Under the pieces are notes generated by a model that worked only from the letters and a program-made list of their open reading frames with translations, ran no database searches and was not told the DNA's origin. 64,000 bases of DNA from an uncultured Acidobacteriota bacterium (GTDB lineage: Bacteria > Acidobacteriota > Terriglobia > Terriglobales > Acidobacteriaceae). Numbering within the stretch: position 1 is the stretch's first letter; each line of letters begins with the position of its first letter. Of the stretch, positions 38,291-46,301 are shown piece by piece. The translations under genes and the position numbers were made by a program. The DNA is taken from positions 14,274-78,273 of the forward strand of contig CAWFQZ010000032.1 of NCBI GenBank assembly GCA_963818115.1, written 5' to 3'.

Positions 38291-39199
38291 TCAGGCCTTC
38301 TTCGCCTTCAGGGCCAGCTTTTCCAGGGGCGGATAGGATTTCAATTCCACAAGCGTGACGGGCGGAGGCTGCATTCCCTTTTCCAAAGCCTTGATCACCA
38401 TTTCCACCGCGACGGCCGTTGTTGTGAGAGCGACTACGGTCGCAGTCAGCTCTCCACGATTCACCCAGATTTGACCTTCATCAGGTAGTCCGTCTACGCC
38501 TGTAATCGGCAAACCCAGCCATCTATCGCGGTCTTCTGACGACGCAATTTCACGAAACGCTTTCCTCGCTCCGGCCGCAATCCCGTCGTACTGACAGCCG
38601 ACGACTTGGATAGAGCCCGGACGCGAAGTGGAAAGCCTCAGCCACGATTGCACTGCTTCGTGAGCACTCTGTTCGGTCCACTGGCTGCGTATGGCACGAA
38701 TCGTGACGTTCGCCGGACGGGTGCTTTCCATCCCCTGCGTTCGCTGCGCGGCAGCCGAACTCGTATTCGGTCCCTGAATATAGAGAACGGAACCTCCGTT
38801 CGGCAGAAGCGCGGCGAACTGTCGGCCTTGAATGCGGCCGATTTCGATGTGATCGCGCGTTACCACAAAGACGGGAACGTTCGGCTTGCTTCGCAGCCGC
38901 TCGAGATAGTCGGCGTCACTGTTGAGCAAAACCCAAGCGACGCCAGCGGCGACCGCCGCTTCCGCCACTTTAACGAGCGCGGTGGACGTGAGGGGCTCGA
39001 CCAGAATGGCATCAGGGCGGTTATCACGGCTCTGCAGCGCTTCTACAATTTGCTGGCTTTGGTTAACTGGGTTGTTGTCGGCATCGAGCACGCGCGCTTC
39101 GGCGCCGAGCTGGCTGGCCCTGCTGGTCGCCGCCTTGGCTTGCTCTAACTGGTAATGATTTCGATTGGGAAGAGAAACCAACAGCCGCAGTGGTTTCAT
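38291..39199 (-). CDS. Periplasmic-binding-protein (LacI/RbsB-type sugar-binding) fold protein
   Basis: It starts at MKPLRLLVSLPNRNHYQ. ..ILVEPLTSTAL...AAGVAWVLLN.., ..GPNTSSAAAQRTQG.. and ..ITGVDGLP.. fit the family. The track N-terminal extension (to 39796) overlaps the divergent gene and is rejected. Confidence 0.65.
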   Translation of the reverse strand: MKPLRLLVSLPNRNHYQLEQAKAATSRASQLGAEARVLDADNNPVNQSQQIVEALQSRDNRPDAILVEPLTSTALVKVAEAAVAAGVAWVLLNSDADYLERLRSKPNVPVFVVTRDHIEIGRIQGRQFAALLPNGGSVLYIQGPNTSSAAAQRTQGMESTRPANVTIRAIRSQWTEQSAHEAVQSWLRLSTSRPGSIQVVGCQYDGIAAGARKAFREIASSEDRDRWLGLPITGVDGLPDEGQIWVNRGELTATVVALTTTAVAVEMVIKALEKGMQPPPVTLVELKSYPPLEKLALKAKKA

Positions 39200-39427
39200 C
39201 GGGCTCCCGTCCAAGAGTCGTTCCCGCCATCGTAGACCGGCTCGCTTGCTTTTCAAGTGGCATGTCAGGTTCGGAGCCCGTTTCGGAACCGAATGCGGAA
39301 ACGATTGAATGCCGCAAGAATAACGATTTAGCTTCTCAGGCCGTTTTGTGGGATAATCTCCAGCCGTAATATGTTTTGCACGCGCGTGCTCGCATAGAAG
39401 CCGACACGCCGGAAGGCGAAAAAATCG

Positions 39428-40792
39428 ATGGCCAAAAATCCCTTTTCCCGTCGTCAATTCATTCAGCTTGGCACTGGCGCTATCGCCGCCACCACCATCG
39501 GCAAGAATATCTTGCAACCCCGCATCCTTTCTGCTTCGGCGCGCCCAGTAGCGCCTAGCGACACCATCCGCTTTGCGTCGATTGGCACCGGCATTCGCGG
39601 ATGCGAACATCTCGAAGCATCGCTGAACGTCCCCGGAATTCAATGCGTCGCTGTCTGCGATCTCTACGACAGCCGCCACACCGCCGCGCAGGAATCGGTG
39701 AAAAATCCAAACGTACCCGCGACGCGGGACTATCGTTCGATTCTCGATCGCAAAGATGTTGACTCGGTTCTGATCGCAACCATGGATCACAACCACCGCC
39801 GCATTTTTGAAGATGCCTGCGCCGCGGGCAAAGACATCTATTGCGAGAAGCCGATGTCACACACCGTCGAGGACGGATTCGCCATGATGGAAGCGGCGCA
39901 CAAGCACAATCGTATGGTCGCTATCGGCAGCCAGCGCGTGAGTTCCGTACTCTACGCCAAAGCGAAAGAGATTTACGATTCCGGAAAGTTGGGCGAGGTT
40001 TTCTCGATCAACGCCTACTGGGATCGCAATTCGCCGAGCGGCGCATGGGTGTATCCAATTCCTCCCGATGCAAGCGAGAAGACAATCGACTGGAACGCCT
40101 TCCTGGGTAGTGCACCCAAACACGCATTCGATCCGGTACGCTTCTTCCGGTGGCGCTGCTTCACCGACTACGGCGAAGGACTGGGTGGAGATCTCTTCGT
40201 TCACCTGCTCTCGGGAATTCAGTTCATCACTGGAATCACCGAGCCGGCACAGCGCGCGCAATCCTCCGGTGGACTGTTCCACTTCAAGGACGGCCGCGAG
40301 TTCCCCGACCTCATCGAGACTCTATACGACTATCCGAACTTCCGCGTCACGTTGCGCTGCAATCTGAATAACGACGGCGGAGAGTTCATCGGCTTCTACG
40401 GAACCAAGGGCACGATGATCATCAAAGATGCGTCCTTGACCTATAAGCCGCAGGACACTCGACCGGAACCGGAAAGCTATTCGATTTATGGATGGCCGAA
40501 GGCGCTGCGCGATCAGTACCTGCAGAAGTGGCACGAAGATCATCCGGAGCCGGTGGCGCTCAAGTGGGACGTAGACGCGGAGGGCGAGTCGTATGCCAAT
40601 CCTCCGGGCTACAGCGATACCGTGGATCATCAAGCAAACTTCTACAACGCCGTTCGTACTCGCAAACCGGTTGCCGAGAACGAAATCTTCGGCAACAACG
40701 CCGCGATCGGATGCCACTTGGCGAACTTCTCGTACTTCAACAAGACGGTCGCCGTCTGGGATGCAGGCAGCAAGAAGATCATAAAAGGCTGA
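39428..40792 (+). CDS. Gfo/Idh/MocA family oxidoreductase with twin-arginine signal
   Basis: It has a Tat motif (SRRQFIQLGTGAIAA), the Rossmann segment IRFASIGTGIRG and ..EKPMSHTVEDG... Confidence 0.9.
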   Translation: MAKNPFSRRQFIQLGTGAIAATTIGKNILQPRILSASARPVAPSDTIRFASIGTGIRGCEHLEASLNVPGIQCVAVCDLYDSRHTAAQESVKNPNVPATRDYRSILDRKDVDSVLIATMDHNHRRIFEDACAAGKDIYCEKPMSHTVEDGFAMMEAAHKHNRMVAIGSQRVSSVLYAKAKEIYDSGKLGEVFSINAYWDRNSPSGAWVYPIPPDASEKTIDWNAFLGSAPKHAFDPVRFFRWRCFTDYGEGLGGDLFVHLLSGIQFITGITEPAQRAQSSGGLFHFKDGREFPDLIETLYDYPNFRVTLRCNLNNDGGEFIGFYGTKGTMIIKDASLTYKPQDTRPEPESYSIYGWPKALRDQYLQKWHEDHPEPVALKWDVDAEGESYANPPGYSDTVDHQANFYNAVRTRKPVAENEIFGNNAAIGCHLANFSYFNKTVAVWDAGSKKIIKG

Positions 40793-40808
40793 TTCGAAGC
40801 ACTAACTA

Positions 40809-40842
40809 CCCCACTTCTCTACGGAGGGAAGTGGGGTTTTCT
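40809..40842. terminator. Hairpin terminator between convergent genes
   Basis: CCCCACTTC-(10 nt)-GAAGTGGGG is followed by TTTTCT. Confidence 0.75.
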
Positions 40843-40857
40843 ATGCAAGAACCATCT

Positions 40858-41871
40858 CTACGGTTTCTTCTTCGCCGGCAAATACTTTTTGTCGATCGAC
40901 GCCACGACCACGTAATTTGGATCGACCATTTCGTTCAAATGCAACTTCCCTACCTTCGACAGCAATTCGTAGGCATCGAGCTCTGACAGTCCGTAATCGC
41001 GATGGATCCAGTGCACGAGTTCGGTCAGGGCAATGCGAGTTGCATCCTCAAGCGGGCGGTACGCGCCAACGGTCATGATGGCGTCGTCGTTTTCAAATTG
41101 CGGCCATTCGATGGTGCGTCCTTTGATCACACTTAACTGGACGCGCGCCTTTAGCGGAACCTCAATGGCTGATCCGGCAGCTTCGCCGTCGCCCATCGCG
41201 GCGTGGCCGTCGCCGAGATAGAGCAAGCCGCCTTTTACGTTCACGGGAAAATACACGGTGTTGCCGACACTGGCCTCGGGAGAATCCATGTTGCCGCCGA
41301 ACTCCGCGGGAACGATCGAGCTACGCGCCTCGCCATTCGCGGGTGCAACGCCAATGCAACCGAAGAAGGGATGCATGGGAATCTTCACGGAAAAATCGGA
41401 GTCGATGGCTTTGAAGGTTGCGGTGTTGGCAGCGTGATCGATGTGATAGAACCACAGCCGTTCCGGGAGTGGCTTGGTCTCGAGCATCGGTGTGTAGTGC
41501 GAGGCGCTGATCGATCCGAAGCCAGGAGAAAAGGCACCGACGCCGGTGTCTCCGTCGACTTGCAGATCGAGGATCTTCACCGCAAGCGTGTCGCCGGGCT
41601 CCGCGCCCTCGACATAGAACGGCCCAGCGAGCGGATTGTCGCCTTTGGCCATGCTCAAGGTGTCGCCGGGCTTCTTGATCCCGTTGCCGAAACAGTCGAG
41701 CGTGTTGGTGTCGAGGATGTCTGCTGACTTCAGGTGGAGTACGGGATCGGCTGTGGCGAACAGATATTTCACGTTGTCGTTGGTGGTGGTGTAGTGCGCG
41801 ACGTTCTGAGCGGAGAGAGCGGACGACAACAAGAAAGCTGCGGCTACGAAAGCTGAGAGGCGAGAGATCAC
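40858..41871 (-). CDS. Acetamidase/formamidase family protein, secreted
   Basis: ..GPFYVEGAEPGDTLAVKILD.., ..GGNMD.. and ..LYLGDGHAAMGDGE.. fit the family. The proposed start is GTG at 41871 after GGAGGG, giving the signal peptide MISRLSAFVAAAFLLSSALSA. The longer track ORF (to 42180) runs through an AT-rich repeat region. Confidence 0.85.
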   Translation of the reverse strand: MISRLSAFVAAAFLLSSALSAQNVAHYTTTNDNVKYLFATADPVLHLKSADILDTNTLDCFGNGIKKPGDTLSMAKGDNPLAGPFYVEGAEPGDTLAVKILDLQVDGDTGVGAFSPGFGSISASHYTPMLETKPLPERLWFYHIDHAANTATFKAIDSDFSVKIPMHPFFGCIGVAPANGEARSSIVPAEFGGNMDSPEASVGNTVYFPVNVKGGLLYLGDGHAAMGDGEAAGSAIEVPLKARVQLSVIKGRTIEWPQFENDDAIMTVGAYRPLEDATRIALTELVHWIHRDYGLSELDAYELLSKVGKLHLNEMVDPNYVVVASIDKKYLPAKKKP

Positions 41872-42009
41872 GAGACCCTCCGATGACTCGGCGGCAGCGT
41901 GGGCCTGTGGCACGCAGGCAGTCGAGGCGCCACCAATTGTAAACGGCCGGTTCGCACGCCTCGAAGGGATGAATTGAGCGTCGCTCGTCATTTTTGTGGA
42001 CCGATCTGG

Positions 42010-42311
42010 CAAAATCCTTATTTTCTGTAGTTTACATTGCTGAAGAGTCGTTTCTGCCTCGCAAAATATTGATTCTAAGGATTTTACGACGTAAAATATT
42101 GCAGAATAAGGAGTTGAAGCCGAATCGGTCAGTTCCTCGAAACTGCTCTTACTTTCGGTAAGATCCTTAGTATTCTGCAAAGTTATCCCTACCCGACCTC
42201 AAAGTAGCCGCGCAAAATATTGATTCTAAATGTTTTACAGGCAAAATATTGCGAAATAAGGAGTTAGCACCCCGATCTTGAGTATCCGAATGAAGGGTCA
42301 GACTGTTCAGG
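42010..42311. repeat. Two diverged tandem copies of a ~151-bp AT-rich unit
   Basis: The core CGCAAAATATTGATTCTAA(GG/AT)(A/G)TTTTAC..(G)(T/C)AAAATATTGC(A)GAAATAAGGAGTT occurs at 42060-42121 and 42211-42271. Each core is preceded by an inverted half-copy (TCCTTA(T/G)T(T)TTCTG). Confidence 0.8.
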
Positions 42312-42558
42312 TTTTCCGATAAGTCGACGGCGCGCATAGGTCAAGTGTGCGCTTTCTATTGGCTCAGTAAAGGTCATCCGTCACAAGAATGGGTTTATTT
42401 CTGTGGAAAAACCTTGGGCCAAAGAGAACGGCTGGGGCTCGTGAAAGGTCGGGGGCTAGAGCGGTATACAACTCTGGTACTAGCACAGTTGCGTCAATAG
42501 GCGGTGGTTGCCGCTCGCTTTTTCTTCATACGCCATCGAAAGACAGGGACAGGGCAAA

Positions 42559-42599
42559 GGTCCATGAGTGAAATAGAGATTTTTCGCCAGTTGTAGAAT
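42559..42599 (+). repeat. Island repeat copy R1 (GTC(C/A)ATGAGTGAAAT..GATTTTTCGCCA..TAGAAT), upstream of the DUF1398 gene
   Basis: GGTCCATGAGTGAAATAGAGATTTTTCGCCAGTTGTAGAAT ends 33 nt before ATG 42633. Confidence 0.8.
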
Positions 42600-42632
42600 C
42601 TTCGGTGCGCCAATTCTTAAAGGCTTCATGTC

Positions 42633-43019
42633 ATGTTTACCATCGAGCAAATCAATGCCATTCACGGTCGGCTGGGTAGCGCGAAAACGCTCGCAGAATA
42701 TGTTCGGGCTCTCAAGGCGCTCGGCGTCGAACGATACGATTCTTATCTGGCCGACGGCCATTCGGAGTACTTCGGACAAAACGGCCAGAGCGTCGTCTCT
42801 CCACCGGTGCACGAGGTGTTCCCCGTGGCTGCAACCAGTCGACGCGACACGTTCCTTCAGCACCTGGGTCGGCACGAGCGGCACGAAACGACGTACTTAG
42901 AGATGTCTATGGGCCTGGCGCAGAGCGGGATAGAGAAGTGGAGTGTGAACACGGGGAGGATGACGATGGCGTTCTACGATAAAGCCGGCACAGAGATGTT
43001 GTTCGAGCAAATCAGCTAA
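42633..43019 (+). CDS. DUF1398 family protein (YbcV-like, prophage-associated family)
   Basis: MFTIEQINAIHGRLGSAKTLAEYVRALKALGVERYDSYLADGHSEYFG...GIEKWSVNTGRMTMAFYDKAGTEML matches the DUF1398 pattern along its full length. Confidence 0.85.
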   Translation: MFTIEQINAIHGRLGSAKTLAEYVRALKALGVERYDSYLADGHSEYFGQNGQSVVSPPVHEVFPVAATSRRDTFLQHLGRHERHETTYLEMSMGLAQSGIEKWSVNTGRMTMAFYDKAGTEMLFEQIS

Positions 43020-43086
43020 CTCAGTGATTCAAAACAGACTGCCAGCAAGCGAGATGGCGATATCGCGCCTTAAGGGACGAATCGCC

Positions 43087-43120
43087 GGTCAATGAGTGAA
43101 ATGGCGATTTTTCGCCAACT
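43087..43120 (+). repeat. Island repeat copy R2
   Basis: GGTCAATGAGTGAAATGGCGATTTTTCGCCAACT is preceded by GAATCGCC, which can pair with GGCGATT. Confidence 0.8.
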
Positions 43121-43182
43121 AACCCGCATATATTATTGTTGAGACTTGTCGCTGATAGCCAGACTGGTTTTCAATCATCAAG

Positions 43183-43284
43183 ATGAACGTGCGGCGGAAG
43201 TGGGTTTGGATCACATTGGCGACCGTAACATTGGCTATTGCTTTGATAGTCAGAGGCCAACTCGGCATCACGCAAGCGCTCTAG
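43183..43284 (+). CDS. Candidate 33-aa hydrophobic peptide (below the ORF-track cutoff)
   Basis: The ATG-to-TAG frame reads MNVRRKWVWITLATVTLAIALIVRGQLGITQAL, a basic N-terminus followed by one TM helix. It lies 63 nt downstream of repeat R2. No clear SD is present. Confidence 0.25.
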   Translation: MNVRRKWVWITLATVTLAIALIVRGQLGITQAL

Positions 43285-43315
43285 CGAATATTCTTGGCCG
43301 ACAACCGTCGAGTTG

Positions 43316-44572
43316 ATGCCGCTCCCCGCAGATTGCGTTCCCTCCAATGAAACACCTTCATCGGAAGCTCTGAGGATCGTGGAATTCCAAAGGAGTTTCT
43401 ATCGACTCAACTTTCAGAAGATAGCTGTCTGTCGGACGCCTCACAGATTTCCTGAAGGGGAGCCTGATTTTACTGAGCGGGTGTTCGACTCAAGAACCCG
43501 CAGGAAATGGCTGCCCTTGTACGTTGGTTGTTGCAGTTATCAGAACCGTCGCCATGTCGCAATCGTCATTGCACAACAGGACGAAAAAGGAACTCTCATC
43601 TCGCAAGCTGCTTTGATTCAGACTCGTTGGGATTTCCTGCGGTCCAATTGGAAGAGAATCTGGCGCACCATAACTCTAAGCCTTGGAGGCGATGAGGATT
43701 GTGGATGTTGTCAGCAGGCGTTTACACTCATTAACCCCGATCGGGGCCTGCCAGATTCGTCAATCAGTGTAATCGCGATTTTACAACAGTTAGAATACGT
43801 TATGGCCGATTCCGCGCAGTCTTACGACGAACTTGCAGCTTACTACGACCAAATATTCGAGGACTGGGAAGCCAGCATTGTGCGCCAGGCGACGGTACTG
43901 GGCCGCATCCTCCACCACGAGTGTGGTGACAGGCACTCCGTCCGAGTGCTGGATTCTGCGTGTGGAATAGGGACCCAATCACTGGGCCTCGCGATGAACG
44001 GTTTCGATGTCGAGGGTTGCGACATAAGTTCGGGGGCCGTTGAGCGGGCGCGCGCAGAAGCCTTGAAAAGGGGGCTTAGCATTCAGTTCTCGGTCGCGAA
44101 CATGCTGCAACTCGGTGCAATCCCAGCATCGAGCTTCGACGCGGTGATTTGCATGGACAACTCTCTTCCACACTTGGAAAACGATGAGCAGTTGCTGCGG
44201 GCGGCTCAACAAGCATATGGCAAACTCAGGGTTGGTGGCTCATTCATTGGCAGCATTCGCGACTACGATCGCATCGTTGTGGAAAGGCCGACAGCCCAAA
44301 GGCCCAGCTTTTATTCGGACAGTGGCAGAAGGCGAATTGTATTTCAAATCTGGGATTGGCTGGATGAGAGGCATTATCGCTTCCACCTGTACATCACTCG
44401 AAGCATAGAATCAGCGTGGCACACGTTCCATTTCACCTTGACCTATCGCGCAGTGCTTCGGGGTGAACTCAGCCACATTCTGGAAGAGGCAGGATTCACC
44501 AACGTTCGATGGCTGTTGCCTTCTGATAGCAATTTTTATCAGCCAATCTTTATTGCGAACCGTAACTGTTGA
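43316..44572 (+). CDS. Class I SAM-dependent methyltransferase (C-terminal ~257 aa) with an uncharacterised ~160-aa N-terminal extension or upstream ORF fusion
   Basis: The methyltransferase motif I is VLDSACGIGTQSLGLAMNGFDVEGCDIS, and post I-III motifs follow (FDAVICMDNSLPHL, LRVGGSFIG). The alternative start at ATG 43802 (MADSAQSYDELAAYYDQIF) would give a typical stand-alone enzyme. Confidence 0.8.
   Translation: MPLPADCVPSNETPSSEALRIVEFQRSFYRLNFQKIAVCRTPHRFPEGEPDFTERVFDSRTRRKWLPLYVGCCSYQNRRHVAIVIAQQDEKGTLISQAALIQTRWDFLRSNWKRIWRTITLSLGGDEDCGCCQQAFTLINPDRGLPDSSISVIAILQQLEYVMADSAQSYDELAAYYDQIFEDWEASIVRQATVLGRILHHECGDRHSVRVLDSACGIGTQSLGLAMNGFDVEGCDISSGAVERARAEALKRGLSIQFSVANMLQLGAIPASSFDAVICMDNSLPHLENDEQLLRAAQQAYGKLRVGGSFIGSIRDYDRIVVERPTAQRPSFYSDSGRRRIVFQIWDWLDERHYRFHLYITRSIESAWHTFHFTLTYRAVLRGELSHILEEAGFTNVRWLLPSDSNFYQPIFIANRNC
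43758..43796 (+). repeat. Island repeat copy R3, inside ORF 43316-44572 and just upstream of an internal ATG (43802)
   Basis: CGTCAATCAGTGTAATCGCGATTTTACAACAGTTAGAAT is collinear with R1, including the TAGAAT end. Confidence 0.7.
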
Positions 44573-44575
44573 ACA

Positions 44576-44636
44576 GGCGATTTCACTCATTGACGTCCGG
44601 GGCTGGCGAACTCGGGTCAATGAGTGTAATGATTCC
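44576..44636. repeat. Inverted pair of the island repeat (R4/R5) just after the methyltransferase stop
   Basis: ATTTCACTCATTGAC (44580-44594) and GTCAATGAGTGTAAT (44616-44630) form a 15-bp stem with 1 mismatch and a 21-nt loop. Confidence 0.8.
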
Positions 44637-44716
44637 ATAAACAATGTCGGCTCCCAGGCCCGAGTAGACTTTGGAGGCGCAAACCAACCAAAGGGCTCGG
44701 AGGAAAGGAGCCGAAC

Positions 44717-44953
44717 ATGCTGATTATAGGTTGTGACTATCATCCGGGCTTCCAACAAATTGCATGGGTGGATACCGAGACAGGCGAGTCCGGTGAACGT
44801 CGGCTCACCCACCCGGAAGAAGCCGAGCAGTTTTACCGAGAACTCAAGCAACAAAACAGAGATGGCGATGTTACGCCAACTGCGCGTCGCAAATCACGTT
44901 TGCGGCGATCAGCAATGGGAGGGCAGAGGAAGGCATGCCATGATGCCGGATGA
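44717..44953 (+). mobile_element. 5' fragment of an IS110-family transposase gene (truncated, non-functional)
   Basis: MLIIGCDYHPGFQQIAWVDTETGESGERRLTHPEEAEQFYRELKQQ matches the IS110 DEDD N-terminus (the ..G.D.H....Q.A..D..TGE.. pattern). Similarity ends after about 47 aa and the ORF stops at 78 aa. Confidence 0.7.
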
Positions 44954-44973
44954 AACATTTCGAAGGAAGTATT

Positions 44974-45774
44974 TTAGGGGACTAACACTTCCTCGCGCCG
45001 CCAAAGGGTCAAACCATCCGCACCCAAAGCAAGCATCCCGAGTGAAGGTTGCACGGACCGGTCTGGCACCTCTTGGATTTGAGCATCCGCCGAGTTCGCT
45101 CCCGTCAGTCCCGCGTCCAGACTCTTATTGGCGATGGTTTCATAGCCGTATTCCGTGATGGTAGCGGACATCAGGTTTTTGAGATCAACCGTTACCCTTA
45201 TCCACCCGTAATGAGTTGCCCCTTTGATCTTGAATTTCAAACCGAGAAAGCGGTTCGGGTGGTTTCCTCCCCATTTGCCGGAAACCTTTCGCGAGAGAGT
45301 TCCCGAATGAGAAGCGTAAGCTGTTCCCTCAACCATGTCTTTGCCACCCGAAAGAAAATGGTCCGAGGGTCCAATCCTTGCTCCGCGAAGCAGGGCCGAG
45401 GCATACGGCCCGTTCGGTGCTGCGGCAGTTCCAATTACGCCACCACCATTGAGTGCGGCCACTTGCAGGGCTCGACTGTGGTCGACACTCGCGTAATACG
45501 AGATAAGCGAAAACTTGAAGTCATTAACCCCGTCGCCATTGAGGTCGATTGAAAGAGAACATGGGGCGAAAAAAGCACAAACTGGAATTGGAATGTTCTT
45601 GGTGGTAGTCACGACCTTGCCCTCCGCGGGCTGCGCTAGAGCCAGCATGCTCACGCCGGCGGTCGCTGCTGCGAGAGAATACAACCTGGCACGATGGTCG
45701 ATACTCTCGGGAAGGGTTGTTTCGACAAGACGGGCTCGAAGGGTGCGCGACATCGTATTACCTCCAATGGCCAA
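44974..45774 (-). CDS. Secreted hypothetical protein with PEP-CTERM-like C-terminal sorting tail
   Basis: The C-terminus VQPSLGMLALGADGLTLWRREE resembles a degenerate PEP-CTERM signal (P-x-P/S, hydrophobic helix, RR). The N-terminal signal-like segment is AAATAGVSMLALAQPAEG. Confidence 0.5.
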   Translation of the reverse strand: MAIGGNTMSRTLRARLVETTLPESIDHRARLYSLAAATAGVSMLALAQPAEGKVVTTTKNIPIPVCAFFAPCSLSIDLNGDGVNDFKFSLISYYASVDHSRALQVAALNGGGVIGTAAAPNGPYASALLRGARIGPSDHFLSGGKDMVEGTAYASHSGTLSRKVSGKWGGNHPNRFLGLKFKIKGATHYGWIRVTVDLKNLMSATITEYGYETIANKSLDAGLTGANSADAQIQEVPDRSVQPSLGMLALGADGLTLWRREEVLVP

Positions 45775-46301
45775 CCAAGTCTAGTCGCGCCACTTCCGTT
45801 GTCAATATGAAACGATCTGCACTTGCGTCCAGTCTGTTCGTTTGCCGGCGAAACGCGCCCTCATCCCGAGGCGGCAAGAAGCGCTGTATCCTTCAAGTTT
45901 AATGTGAAGGGCTCCCCTTCGAGCATGGCGCGTCCGAATGTTTCCTTTGTTTTGTTCGTTAGGACGCTCATCCAAGTGCTTTACGACAGCTCACCTACAA
46001 CGGGAAGTTTTTCATCGAACTTAGTCGTGTCATATCTAATGGTTTCAGAATCTAAGGTAGGCTTCTTTTGAAGAAGATACTTTTGTTTCGGCAAAGCGTC
46101 GTTAAGCCAATTATCCCAAATGTGCTCTCAGCGTTTTTCGACGGCCTGTCTGTAACACCAAGCACATTGTTTTGCTGGGCGCTTTGGCATCCATGAAACC
46201 TAGGTCGTTTGGTTAGCCAAGTCAATTATTGCCAAAAAGAATCCCCACTCTGGCCGCGACAATTGCGAAAGGGTGGGGATTCGAAGGCCCTCTTAGCTTC
46301 C

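Noticed and set aside
39200-39796. 200-aa N-terminal extension of the sugar-binding-fold protein ORF (38291-39796).
   Set aside because: The extension is Arg/Gly-rich junk that overlaps the divergent Gfo/Idh/MocA gene start. The conserved domain begins at MKPLRLLVSL (39199).
41872-42180. N-terminal extension of the formamidase ORF (track start 42180 or ATG 41991).
   Set aside because: The extension runs through the AT-rich tandem repeat and has an odd composition. A GTG at 41871 with a GGAGGG SD yields a canonical signal peptide directly in front of the conserved domain.
42010-42311. A possible CRISPR array or att sites formed by the AT-rich direct repeats, and likewise by the other short repeat families.
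   Set aside because: There are only two diverged copies with 151-bp periodicity and nested inverted halves. There are no regular short spacers, no cas genes and no integrase. The other families are dispersed single hairpins rather than arrays.
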